This document shows, in pieces, positions 1-8,743 of a stretch of DNA of 34,835 bases. The notes under the pieces were generated by a model. The model worked only from the letters and a program-made list of their open reading frames with translations, did no database searches and was not told where the DNA came from. The DNA lies in assembly GCA_019410445.1 (NCBI GenBank), contig DXSO01000004.1, positions 1 to 34,835 on the forward strand. Reading direction: 5' to 3'. The position numbers were made by a program, and so were the translations under genes. This DNA is from Sutterella sp. (GTDB taxonomy: Bacteria > Pseudomonadota > Gammaproteobacteria > Burkholderiales > Burkholderiaceae_F). The number at the start of each line of letters is the position of its first letter. Position 1 is the first letter of the stretch.

Positions 1-1
1 A

Positions 2-946
2 TTTATTCTTGAATCAGGTTTCAGATTCGATACTGGTTCCCTTGGCGCCTCAAATAACACCAACAGAATTTTTGATCGTGAATCTCATCTGGATTTCCAC
101 TCAAAATTCGGCAAACTATCCATCGGCCGAATGCCATTATTCGGAAGCGTCCTTGGCGCAGATGGCCTATTTCGCGCAATCGACCCTATCTGGTCGAACT
201 ACACTCAAGCATTTGGCTCGGGAACAATTACTGCTTCTGATTGGACACGAGCTGACAACTCCATTAGTTATGTATCCCCCACTTTTGCAGGTTTTACAGG
301 TTACATAATGTACTCTTTAAAGAAGGATACTTATAATAAAAATGGAAAAGAAAACAATGCCGAGTCTGACCGTTATGCTTCTTTAGCACTTCGCTATAAA
401 AACCCATTATTAGAAGCCATTTTAGTCGCAGATTTAACAATGTATGGATCTATTGATAGTCCCACTCACAAAACAAATTCAATAGACAATGGCTATACGC
501 TCACAGTAGGAGGAAACTATAGATTTGATGACGGTGCAAAAGTTTTTGTATTTGCACAATATTTTAACGATCAATATCTTAATGCTAATACTCGGGCAGG
601 TGTTACACTTTCTGGCATCCAGTGGGCCACTGCCAATAATTTTAACAACCCAAATCAAGGGGCAAATGGATATGGATATGTTAATGGCTGGGGAATAAGT
701 TTTGGAACACATCATTCTCTGGGCAATGGCACATTAAAACTACAAGTTGCCTATCGCAATATGGACAACGAAAAATCTGTTGATTTTAATCGTTGGTTTG
801 TAGCTCTCGGATACGATTATCCTATATCCAAACACACAAGCTTGTTCGCCATGAGCGGCTTTTCTCAAGAAAAAGTCAAAAACGCAACCCGAGAGGCCAC
901 GCCGCGAGGCTTTGAATTCTCATCTGGCATTGTCCATCGTTTCTAG
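2..946 (+). CDS. Gram-negative (Burkholderiales-type) porin, 5'-truncated by window edge
   Basis: The frame is open from base 2 (FILESGFRFDTGSLG...IFDRESHL...FGKLSIGRM), matching the porin N-terminal 'F.LE.GF..D.G' and 'F.R' motifs. It also has 'DNSISYVSPTFAGF' and 'YDYPISKHTSLF' and ends in the beta-signal 'GIVHRF'. Confidence 0.9.
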   Translation, partial: FILESGFRFDTGSLGASNNTNRIFDRESHLDFHSKFGKLSIGRMPLFGSVLGADGLFRAIDPIWSNYTQAFGSGTITASDWTRADNSISYVSPTFAGFTGYIMYSLKKDTYNKNGKENNAESDRYASLALRYKNPLLEAILVADLTMYGSIDSPTHKTNSIDNGYTLTVGGNYRFDDGAKVFVFAQYFNDQYLNANTRAGVTLSGIQWATANNFNNPNQGANGYGYVNGWGISFGTHHSLGNGTLKLQVAYRNMDNEKSVDFNRWFVALGYDYPISKHTSLFAMSGFSQEKVKNATREATPRGFEFSSGIVHRF

Positions 947-1062
947 TCCAAGTTGTTGACAATAGAGACGACCTCATGCCGAGAGAGCTTGTCTCAATCA
1001 AACCTACGACTTTTAGAACAGGCTTCTTCTACCAATGACCTAGTTCATATTCTGTCCTTTCA

Positions 1063-1092
1063 CAACACTCTAGCTGGGTGTTGTTTTTTTTT
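1063..1092 (+). terminator. Intrinsic terminator downstream of porin
   Basis: Stem CAACACTC / GGGTGTTG (one G-U pair), loop TAGCT, followed by 9 T. Confidence 0.65.
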
Positions 1093-1132
1093 CACACAAA
1101 AAAAACAACACCAGTCCATCTTCCTCTTCCAA

Positions 1133-1145
1133 TAAATCATTGATT
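1133..1145. promoter_or_regulatory. Putative IHF binding site
   Basis: TAAATCATTGATT matches the IHF consensus YAANNNNTTGATW, in the AT-rich intergenic region upstream of the DUF169-like gene. Confidence 0.35.
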
Positions 1146-1453
1146 TCATGGAAAATCCAAATTAATCCCACTCTCTCACCCCACATAGACGTCATCAGAA
1201 ATAAGTACTTACCCTCCCAAAGCACACTATTTTTCTGTCTTGCACAAATCCTATCTTTCCTAGCTCACGTATTCGATTGTTCTTAATCCCTTCTACTTAG
1301 GTCGATCTACATTGAGCGAAGTGACACGATGAGTCCTCGAGAGACAATCTCTCGGAAAGTAATTTTCCACCGAGAAAACAGCACTCTCATCAGACAGTAA
1401 GAAAAAGTGCCTCAACCACACTACTGTCAAAGAAAGTTTGAAGGAGAATATTT

Positions 1454-2446
1454 ATGACCAACTTCACAAACATCCCTGAAGCACCTGTGCAATTCACTCG
1501 TCGCAACTTGTTCAAGAGTGCAGCGGCAGGTGCAGCAACGATGGCTACTGCAGGCATTTCTGTTGCTCAAGCTGCCTCCCCGAAGGACGGTACTTTTGCT
1601 GACAACGGCGCCCCTAAGGCACTGCGTGTACGCAACGACAAGCTTTCGGAAGAAGATAAGAAAACCTTGATGTCTCTTCCCTGCAAGTACACCCCCGTTG
1701 CCGTGAAGTTCTACGCTGTCAAACCTGAAAATTTTGGCTTGAAATACAAGCAGACTGACAAGCGTATGTCTCTGTGCCAGTTTGTAAGCTATGCGCAGAA
1801 GACCCATACCGCCTTCTACATCGACAAGTCCAATGAAGACTGCATGGGACGTACAGTTCTTGGCATGGTTCAAGAACCGCCGCTGGGAGCATCTGGTCAA
1901 GCTGGCTTTGACTTTGGTGTGTTCCGTAACCAGAATGCAAACTCCCGTCTGTACTACAACATCCCTCTGGCTATCCGCGACACGATCAACTACGTCATCT
2001 TTGCTCCTGTTGACCTTTGCGAATTCAATCCGGATCTGGTGATTTTCGTCGGTGAAACCGACATGGCCGATATTGTGATGCGTGCCACTAGCTACATCTC
2101 CGGCGATCTGTGGGAAAGCAGAAGTTCTAGTGTCCTCTCCTGTGCTTGGACCTACATGTACACATGGCTGTCTGGCAAGGTTAACCATTGCCAAACCGGT
2201 ATGCACCATGGCATGGGACGCCGCAAGGTCTATCCGAAGGGTCTGCACATCATTGCCGTTCCCTACCAGAAGCTTGACGAAGTTTGCCTTGCTCTGCGTC
2301 AGATGGATTGGCAGCTCATCAGCTTCCGCGACAACGACAAGGATCAAGATGAATTGCGTCGTCGCATGCGTAACTGGAACACGCTTTCCAAGCAAATCAA
2401 CGAAAGTTACAGCTTCGCATTGCCTGAAAATAAGACCAAGAAGTAA
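1454..2446 (+). CDS. DUF169-like protein with twin-arginine (Tat) signal peptide
   Basis: RBS AAGGAG upstream. N-terminus has TRRNLFK, an Ala-rich h-region and an AQA cleavage site. Body shows DUF169-like blocks 'PVAVKF', 'LCQFV', 'DCMGRTVLG', 'PDLVIF', 'SCAW', 'IIAVPY..L'. Family call is from motif recall. Confidence 0.7.
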   Translation: MTNFTNIPEAPVQFTRRNLFKSAAAGAATMATAGISVAQAASPKDGTFADNGAPKALRVRNDKLSEEDKKTLMSLPCKYTPVAVKFYAVKPENFGLKYKQTDKRMSLCQFVSYAQKTHTAFYIDKSNEDCMGRTVLGMVQEPPLGASGQAGFDFGVFRNQNANSRLYYNIPLAIRDTINYVIFAPVDLCEFNPDLVIFVGETDMADIVMRATSYISGDLWESRSSSVLSCAWTYMYTWLSGKVNHCQTGMHHGMGRRKVYPKGLHIIAVPYQKLDEVCLALRQMDWQLISFRDNDKDQDELRRRMRNWNTLSKQINESYSFALPENKTKK

Positions 2447-2469
2447 TTTTTATTCCTTATAAAGGATTC

Positions 2470-2496
2470 GAACAACTCCCCTAATGGGAGTTGTTC
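2470..2496 (+). other. Intercistronic hairpin without U-tract
   Basis: Perfect 11-bp inverted repeat GAACAACTCCC-CTAAT-GGGAGTTGTTC between the DUF169-like gene and the porin. Confidence 0.55.
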
Positions 2497-2525
2497 TCAC
2501 CAAATTAAATCATTCGGAGACAATG

Positions 2526-3719
2526 ATGAAAAAAACTTTGATTGCGTTGGGAGTCCTTGCAGCATTATCGTCCCTAGCCTACGGCTCAGAAGTGAAGCTC
2601 TACGGTAAAGTAGATGTGGGACTTGCCTTCACTAGCATTGACCCTGGCATCAACGGCGTTGATACCAAATCCAATCTTAGTATGCAGAGTGGTCAGACCG
2701 CTGGTAGCCGTGTCGGTATAACTGGTTTTGAAGAATTAGGCAATGGTCACAAAGTTGGCTTTATTTTGGAAAATGGCTTTAATGTAGACAATGGCAGCCT
2801 CGGTCAAGGCGGTAAGATTTTTGGTCGTCAAGCTTTGCTCTACCTTGATGGACCTTACGGTAACCTCAAGTTTGGCAAAATGGGAGCTCTGACCTCTGGC
2901 TACCCCTCAACAGGTTTGTTCGGCGGAAATATGTCTCCGTTTGCCGTGGGTCTTGGCGAAGTCGCAGGCCACCGTTACCTGTATAGCAGCGAGGACCTTT
3001 TGCCGTTGGATAACACCATTACGTATGCCTCTCCATCCTGGGGAGGTTGGCAAGTAATGTTGCAGTACTCCATGGGCATGAATATGGCTCAAGCCGATGA
3101 CACCATTGAAAATGAATCCAGTGTTGATCGTTATATGGCTGCTGGCATTCACTTCGACAACAAAAACACTGAATTTAACCTTGTTGTTGATAGTGTCAAT
3201 TTCCGTTCTGCTGGTACGACCAATTACAAAGACGGTACTGATCCCGATGATGGTCTGCGTGTCACAGTCGGTGTTCGCCATGGTCTAGGATTTATGACTC
3301 TGTACGCTGGCGGACAGTATTTCAAGGATTCCCGTAGCTTTGCTCAGGAGGCCTATCAGCTATACACAGGAATCGGTCAGCATAAGGCAGCCACTGTAAA
3401 TGGCCAAACCGTTACCCCATTCCTCGGAAACGAATATGCCAAAGATGGCTACGCACTGAACCTCGGTCTGGATTACCCCGCACTTGGTGGCACGTGGAAG
3501 GCTCAGGCTGGCTATATGGATGCTGAATTTTCTGAAGACAGCAGTCAAGAAATGCAGCGTTGGTTCGTATCCGCAGGCTATTGGTACGACTTCAGCAAGC
3601 GCACGACACTGTACTCTGGTATCAGTTATATCCACGACAAGCTTGATGGCTCAATGTATGAGCAGTTTGATGATGCACATGCCATCACGGCTAGCTTGGG
3701 TATCGTGCATAACTTCTAA
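2526..3719 (+). CDS. Gram-negative porin
   Basis: MKKTLIALGVLAALSSLAYG signal peptide; 'VKLYGKVDVG', 'SRVGITGFEELGNG', 'FILENGF', 'YDFSKRTTLY'; C-terminal 'GIVHNF'. RBS GGAGA favours start 2526 (or 2523) over 2484. Confidence 0.93.
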   Translation: MKKTLIALGVLAALSSLAYGSEVKLYGKVDVGLAFTSIDPGINGVDTKSNLSMQSGQTAGSRVGITGFEELGNGHKVGFILENGFNVDNGSLGQGGKIFGRQALLYLDGPYGNLKFGKMGALTSGYPSTGLFGGNMSPFAVGLGEVAGHRYLYSSEDLLPLDNTITYASPSWGGWQVMLQYSMGMNMAQADDTIENESSVDRYMAAGIHFDNKNTEFNLVVDSVNFRSAGTTNYKDGTDPDDGLRVTVGVRHGLGFMTLYAGGQYFKDSRSFAQEAYQLYTGIGQHKAATVNGQTVTPFLGNEYAKDGYALNLGLDYPALGGTWKAQAGYMDAEFSEDSSQEMQRWFVSAGYWYDFSKRTTLYSGISYIHDKLDGSMYEQFDDAHAITASLGIVHNF

Positions 3720-3776
3720 CCCAGAACAGAAGGCGACAAGAGTTTTGATCTGATCTAAAACCAGCAATTTCGCCCA

Positions 3777-3811
3777 AGATGAGAGGGCTTTGAAGCTCTC
3801 TCATCTGTTTT
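3777..3811 (+). terminator. Intrinsic terminator after porin
   Basis: AGATGAGAGGGCTT / AAGCTCTCTCATCT stem followed by GTTTT. Confidence 0.65.
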
Positions 3812-3920
3812 GGGTTCATCATTTGACAAGGACAACAAATAGGGACTTCCTGCCGCTATAAACGCGTTGTGTTTTACAGTTGCTACTAAGATCAAACTAC
3901 CGCCATAAAAAGGCTTGCTT

Positions 3921-4556
3921 ATGTCTGATAACACTTTCCCTTCCGAAGAGTGCACACAACCGCAGAACAAACCCTATGACTACAAGGATTTGTCTCAGGA
4001 TGCACCGTTGACAATCGACCCAAAAGTCAATGATTACACTGAAGAAATCGATAAGCTCGACTCCGAATATGACTTTATGTTCTCGGAAACTGATCTTGTT
4101 GTTATCTGCAATGCATTGGCTGGTCAGATTGCGGCGAGCTGGCAATTTTCCCCCAAAGACACAATTGATGACGACATCCGCAGTTCATACCAGACACTGC
4201 AATTTCTAAAAAAACTCAATGCTCGTCTACCTGAGAATAAACGAATGGGATGCATTGGGGAGTCTCTGCTTCCCTTTGCAGGTGGAGATGTTTACATTGA
4301 TGCCACCTATCGTCTTCAAACTCAGGAAATGGGAGCAGTCATCACTGTTGCAGGCTTTGATTACAGTACGGGAAACGTTTGCTTCCGGTTATTTGATCCG
4401 GTTAGGTACCCCAATGCACGATCCATTCGGGATTGTCTCGGCGACAAGGTTCCCTTGTCTTCCATTGAAGGCATCGAGGAAGTCTCATGTCTAACCGAAG
4501 AGGAGAAAAGTGCTTTTGCCCTTGGCATTCGCAATGCCTGGGAGAACTTTTACTAA
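3921..4556 (+). CDS. Hypothetical protein with acidic N-terminus
   Basis: ORF of about 211 aa filling the gap between two genes; ATG at 3921 with AAAAGG upstream; no family recognised. Confidence 0.7.
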   Translation: MSDNTFPSEECTQPQNKPYDYKDLSQDAPLTIDPKVNDYTEEIDKLDSEYDFMFSETDLVVICNALAGQIAASWQFSPKDTIDDDIRSSYQTLQFLKKLNARLPENKRMGCIGESLLPFAGGDVYIDATYRLQTQEMGAVITVAGFDYSTGNVCFRLFDPVRYPNARSIRDCLGDKVPLSSIEGIEEVSCLTEEEKSAFALGIRNAWENFY

Positions 4557-4636
4557 ACATTTATTTCTTATCTAAAAAGTGTTCCTGTTGGATGAGCACC
4601 CTCAACATTTGTAGAAATTTTCATCCACTGAACAGC

Positions 4637-4652
4637 TTTTGATAAATCAAAA
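4637..4652. promoter_or_regulatory. Palindromic operator candidate upstream of flavocytochrome c
   Basis: TTTTGAT-AA-ATCAAAA about 80-100 bp before the start. The half-sites resemble FNR (TTGAT/ATCAA) but the spacer is 2 rather than 4. Confidence 0.3.
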
Positions 4653-4733
4653 CTTCCATTTTTGGAAACATATTCTCTGATCTCTGGATAATAAAAATAT
4701 CAAGGGATCTATTGCTCAGATGAGGAGATATAG

Positions 4734-6251
4734 ATGAGTAGTGGTGCTTTTTCTCGCCGTAGTTTTCTTGGCTCTCTGGCCGCTGTTGGCGCTGCCGGTG
4801 TGGTGTCCGCTCCCGCTTTCGCTCAGACAGCCAAAATTCCGGCGAAATGGGACAAAACGGTTGACTTTTTGATTGTTGGTACGGGTTTTGCCGGTCTTGG
4901 TGCTGCCATTGAAGCTCACGAACAGGGCATCAAGAATGTTCTCGTCATTGACAAAATGCCTTCCTACGGCGGCAACTCGATCATCAACGGCGGTGCAGTA
5001 GCTGCTGCCGGTACCGACATGCAAAAGCAAGCCGGTATTAAGGATTCCGCAGATCTCCTCTACAAAGACATCATGAAGGCCGGCGGCGGCCTGGCTCACC
5101 CGGAACTGGCTCGCCATATCGCCGACAACTGCGTTGAAAACTACGAATGGCTCAAGAAGGTCGGCGTTCAGTTCAAAGCCGTAACCTTCCATGGCGGTCA
5201 CTCCGTTCCCCGTAGCCACGCCGTCACCAACAACTCCGGTTCCGGCTTTATCAACCCGATGTACAAAAAGTGCCAGGAATACGGTGTTCCGGTGCAACTG
5301 CGTACGATCGTCGATGAACTCGTTGTTGATGAAAACGGAGCTGTGCTCGGTGTCAAGGTTCGCGAAAACTACCGTTTCGGTCGCGAAAAGTCCGGTAAGG
5401 TTGCCTACTACCGTGCCACAAAAGGTGTTCTGCTTGCTGCCGGTGGCTTCAGCCAGAACGTTCAGATGCGCATGAACCATGACCCGCGTTTGAATGAAAA
5501 ATTCGGTTCCACCAATCATCCGGGCGCTACGGGCGAAGCCCTGCAGGCTGCTCAAATGATTGGTGCCAATACCATTCAAATGGACTGGATTCAGCTCGGT
5601 CCGTGGACCAGCCCTGATGAAAAAGGCTTCGGCGTGGCTCCGCTCTTTGTGGAATCCGCCGTTGGCTACGGTCCGATGGTTGATCCCGCCACCGGCAAGC
5701 GTTTCATTCAGGAAACCGGCAATCGCAAGGTACGCGCCGACGCCATCGTTGCCATCGGCCATCCGACCCTGATCTACACGAATGTGAAGAATGCCGAAAA
5801 CAAGATCATCGGCAAGAACATGACTCCGGAACTGTTCGAACGTTCACTCAAGAACGGTGTCGTCAAGAAGGTCAACAACCTCAAGGAACTCGCCGATACG
5901 TACAAGATCCCGTACGATGAACTGAAGAAGACCAACGAAAAATTTGACAGCTACATCAAAGCTCAGAAAGATCCTGACTTCAACTGCATGATGTTTAAGG
6001 ATGCTGTTCAGAACGGCGATGGCCCCTTCTACGTTGTTCGTCTGTGGCCTCGCGTTCACCACTGCATGGGCGGCCTTGTCATCAACAACAAGGCCCAGGT
6101 TGAAAATGCTCGCGGTCAGGTGATCCCGGGTCTCTATGCTGCTGGTGAAATCACCGGTGGTGTTCACGGCATGGTTCGTCTCGGTACCGTGGCTGTTGCC
6201 GACTGCATTATCTTCGGCCGTACGGCTGCTCGTACTGCTGCTGGCAAGTAA
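4734..6251 (+). CDS. Flavocytochrome c flavoprotein subunit (fumarate reductase/Fcc family), Tat-exported
   Basis: RBS GAGGAG; Tat motif SRRSFLG; FAD motif IVGTGFAG; 'GGNSIINGG', 'GGHSVPRSH', 'LAAGGF', 'HHCMGG', 'GLYAAGEITGGVHG..RLG'. Confidence 0.93.
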   Translation: MSSGAFSRRSFLGSLAAVGAAGVVSAPAFAQTAKIPAKWDKTVDFLIVGTGFAGLGAAIEAHEQGIKNVLVIDKMPSYGGNSIINGGAVAAAGTDMQKQAGIKDSADLLYKDIMKAGGGLAHPELARHIADNCVENYEWLKKVGVQFKAVTFHGGHSVPRSHAVTNNSGSGFINPMYKKCQEYGVPVQLRTIVDELVVDENGAVLGVKVRENYRFGREKSGKVAYYRATKGVLLAAGGFSQNVQMRMNHDPRLNEKFGSTNHPGATGEALQAAQMIGANTIQMDWIQLGPWTSPDEKGFGVAPLFVESAVGYGPMVDPATGKRFIQETGNRKVRADAIVAIGHPTLIYTNVKNAENKIIGKNMTPELFERSLKNGVVKKVNNLKELADTYKIPYDELKKTNEKFDSYIKAQKDPDFNCMMFKDAVQNGDGPFYVVRLWPRVHHCMGGLVINNKAQVENARGQVIPGLYAAGEITGGVHGMVRLGTVAVADCIIFGRTAARTAAGK

Positions 6252-6266
6252 TTCCACACCAATCAA

Positions 6267-6294
6267 CCGAGGGGTTGCTAATGCAGTCCCTCGG
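6267..6294 (+). other. Intercistronic hairpin (mRNA stabiliser or weak terminator)
   Basis: CCGAGGGGTTGC-TAAT-GCAGTCCCTCGG, 12-bp stem with two G-U pairs, weak U-tract. Confidence 0.55.
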
Positions 6295-6385
6295 CATTTA
6301 TCCTGTGTCCGTCAACCAAGCACACTGTACTTTTGGTTGACTCTTCCTCATTTTTTTCAAAGCAACAAACCTCCAGGAGCTTGCA

Positions 6386-6730
6386 ATGTCTCTTTCGAAG
6401 ACACTACTGATCTCACTTGGCCTGGCTTCTTTGATTGCCTGCGGCACGGTCAGCGCAGCAGAAAAATTCGGATCAGATCGTCATGTTGCCCGTGGCGTTT
6501 CCTGCCAGATGTGCCATGGCCCCGATATGAACAACCCTCAATATCCTGACGAGAACACCTGCATCAAGTGTCACCCGAAGGCTGCGGTTGCCAAAAAAAC
6601 GGAAAAACTTTCCCCCAATCCGCACGCAGCCCCGCACAATGGTGACTGCACTTTGTGCCACATGCAGCATGAACCCGCAGTCAATTATTGCGAACAGTGC
6701 CACAAATTCGACTTCCCGAAGGTGCCCTAA
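6386..6730 (+). CDS. Small periplasmic tetrahaem cytochrome c (c3-like), likely partner of the flavoprotein
   Basis: RBS AGGAG; Sec signal ending VSA; four CxxCH motifs (CQMCH, CIKCH, CTLCH, CEQCH) plus distal His residues. Confidence 0.93.
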   Translation: MSLSKTLLISLGLASLIACGTVSAAEKFGSDRHVARGVSCQMCHGPDMNNPQYPDENTCIKCHPKAAVAKKTEKLSPNPHAAPHNGDCTLCHMQHEPAVNYCEQCHKFDFPKVP

Positions 6731-6800
6731 GCATCTGGACGCTTGATCATCTCCTCTCCTCAGTTTGATCTGCGCAAATTTTTGCGCCCGCGGTCCGCGT

Positions 6801-6853
6801 AAAAAATCCCGGCCTCCCTTTCACATCAGTGAAACGAAAGCCGGGATTTTTTT
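6801..6853. terminator. Bidirectional terminator between convergent cytochrome and porin genes
   Basis: AAAAAATCCCGGC ... GCCGGGATTTTTT with an inner TTTCAC/GTGAAA stem; A- and T-tracts on both sides. Confidence 0.8.
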
Positions 6854-6867
6854 CATACAACCCGTTC

Positions 6868-8022
6868 TTAAAAACGGTGATTCATACCTACGAAGAACAT
6901 ATGGTTGCCCAATCCTGTTTTCTCAGTTGCTATGCTCGGCGGTTTCGATGACCCACCTCCGCCGGCCAGTACAAAATTGGCGTTACTTTGATTGTGAACA
7001 CCAAAAGCTCCGACATACAGGAAAGTTGTTTGACTCATAGGATAGTCGTAGCGTACCCCCCAACTTGCACCATCAGCATGTTCAATCGAAGTGTTGTGCA
7101 GATAGCCGCCTGTCACAATAATCTTTCCAACAGGCATCGGCACGGAAACGCCAAGCGCTGCGGCCCACAGATTTGGCGCCATGTCATCCTCCGAATCACG
7201 GACAACAAAGTTCAAATGAAGCTTGGCCATACCTAAATCGTAGGCTGCTGATAATGAACCAAACCAAATATTTTCAAAGGTATAGTTCGCAACAACCGGA
7301 TTGTCCCACAAGGCCAGACTGGCATTGCCGGAAAATGCACCTCTTACATAACGAGCTGCGACATTGTAAAAATTGCCTCGACTATTGGATCTGACAATTT
7401 CTCCATCACTGCTTTGACTGCTTTGTTCCCCCAAAGCAATCATTACGGTTCCCGTAAATCCTGAGAAATTCGGAGTGGAGTACACAATGGAATTATCCAT
7501 GCGTGTCGTAGCCAACCGCGCTCCGGTCAATCCATTGACAGCCAAACCGATTCCATTAGTGGAAACGAAAGCAGGCGAACCAAAAGCGCCAATAGCACTC
7601 CCCAAACTCTGCCCGGCAGCTTCATTCATAGGTAACGACAAGAAGTGGGGAGTGTATTGCCGACCGAAACTCAAAGAACCAAAATCACCTCGCACACCAA
7701 CAAGAGCTTCACGTTCAAAAATGTAGCTGCTGTTTCCCGTACTGATTCCTTCGTCCATCAGCACGCCCATTTCCAAACGGACAAACGCTTCTGTAGAAGC
7801 GCTTATAGACTCTGACGCACTCAGTGTCACCCGGCTACCTCCTCCGGCGCCCCCCGAAGACAAACGAGTAACTGTTTTGTCCCCGGCTGTATACGACTCC
7901 AAATACGTATCCACCTGACCACTTATCTGAACTTCTGCTGCAGTTCCCCACTGCGACGCACTCAACAGGCAAGCACCTACTGTTCCCGCCTTTAGTACAC
8001 AAGGCAACAAATGTTTTTTCAC
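6868..8022 (-). CDS. Gram-negative porin
   Basis: GTG start with AAGGAAGGGG RBS; signal peptide; 'VQISGQVD', 'FEREALVG', 'GSLSFGRQYTP', 'DNSIVYSTPNFSGF', 'YDYPMSQTT'; C-terminal 'GMNHRF'. Confidence 0.92.
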   Translation of the reverse strand: MKKHLLPCVLKAGTVGACLLSASQWGTAAEVQISGQVDTYLESYTAGDKTVTRLSSGGAGGGSRVTLSASESISASTEAFVRLEMGVLMDEGISTGNSSYIFEREALVGVRGDFGSLSFGRQYTPHFLSLPMNEAAGQSLGSAIGAFGSPAFVSTNGIGLAVNGLTGARLATTRMDNSIVYSTPNFSGFTGTVMIALGEQSSQSSDGEIVRSNSRGNFYNVAARYVRGAFSGNASLALWDNPVVANYTFENIWFGSLSAAYDLGMAKLHLNFVVRDSEDDMAPNLWAAALGVSVPMPVGKIIVTGGYLHNTSIEHADGASWGVRYDYPMSQTTFLYVGAFGVHNQSNANFVLAGGGGSSKPPSIATEKTGLGNHMFFVGMNHRF

Positions 8023-8308
8023 AAAACACCCCTTCCTTTTTTTATCTCGTTTCCGCTCTGTCTAAAAGCGAATTTGCATTGAGTTTTTCCGATTCAATTG
8101 ACGAACCCTCCGCGTACGAGCCCCATTGTCTCTTTTATGAAAAAGACAACATTGTTAGAAAAGCTCGTTCACAGCTTGTTGAGGTAGCGTTCTCCCTAAA
8201 TAAATCTTCATGGAAAGATAAAAATCTATATAGAAATAACCCTAGCCCGTGATTCTACTTATTTCATCAGAAGAAAGAAGAATCCATCAATGCAATGTTC
8301 CGGACAAC

Positions 8309-8743
8309 TCAATAACTTTGTCGGACTTCAGGGTCAGCAAAGCGATCGTACCGATTGAGCGATGAAGAACTAGGCAACAACAGCAACGTAGTTACAACGA
8401 GCCAACCGATGTAAGGAACACACAGCAGCCACAACCACCAGCCGGAAAAGTCAGCGTCATGAAGACGCCTCACGGCAAGACGCTTGAGTGGGATCAGAGA
8501 TGCGAGCACAGCACAACTGAAAAGATTCATCCAAAAAAGGACAAAAGCCGAATCTGGCGCAAGTTGCAGTTGATATGCCGTCTCAAACGGGATAATGAAC
8601 AGAATAGCTAGAAAAAACAGATGCGCTAGCAGCGCAGACCAAAAGGCCGCCCTAGAAAGGCGGCCGAGACGAGTACGGTCGAAGAAGTGCACTTCTCGCA
8701 AAAAATGCAAAAAGCGCACTCCGTTCATTGCCTCAATTCTCAT
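8309..8743 (-). CDS. DUF805 (YhaH/YhaI-like) inner membrane protein
   Basis: 'GRLSRAAFW', 'AVRRLHD...SGWW', 'NRY' motifs and three hydrophobic segments; ATGA overlap with the gatB stop. Confidence 0.85.
   Translation of the reverse strand: MRIEAMNGVRFLHFLREVHFFDRTRLGRLSRAAFWSALLAHLFFLAILFIIPFETAYQLQLAPDSAFVLFWMNLFSCAVLASLIPLKRLAVRRLHDADFSGWWLWLLCVPYIGWLVVTTLLLLPSSSSLNRYDRFADPEVRQSY

Noticed and set aside
1427..2395. 322-aa minus-strand ORF (and 4716-5762, 348 aa)
   Set aside because: Codon-aligned antisense ORFs opposite strongly biased real genes.
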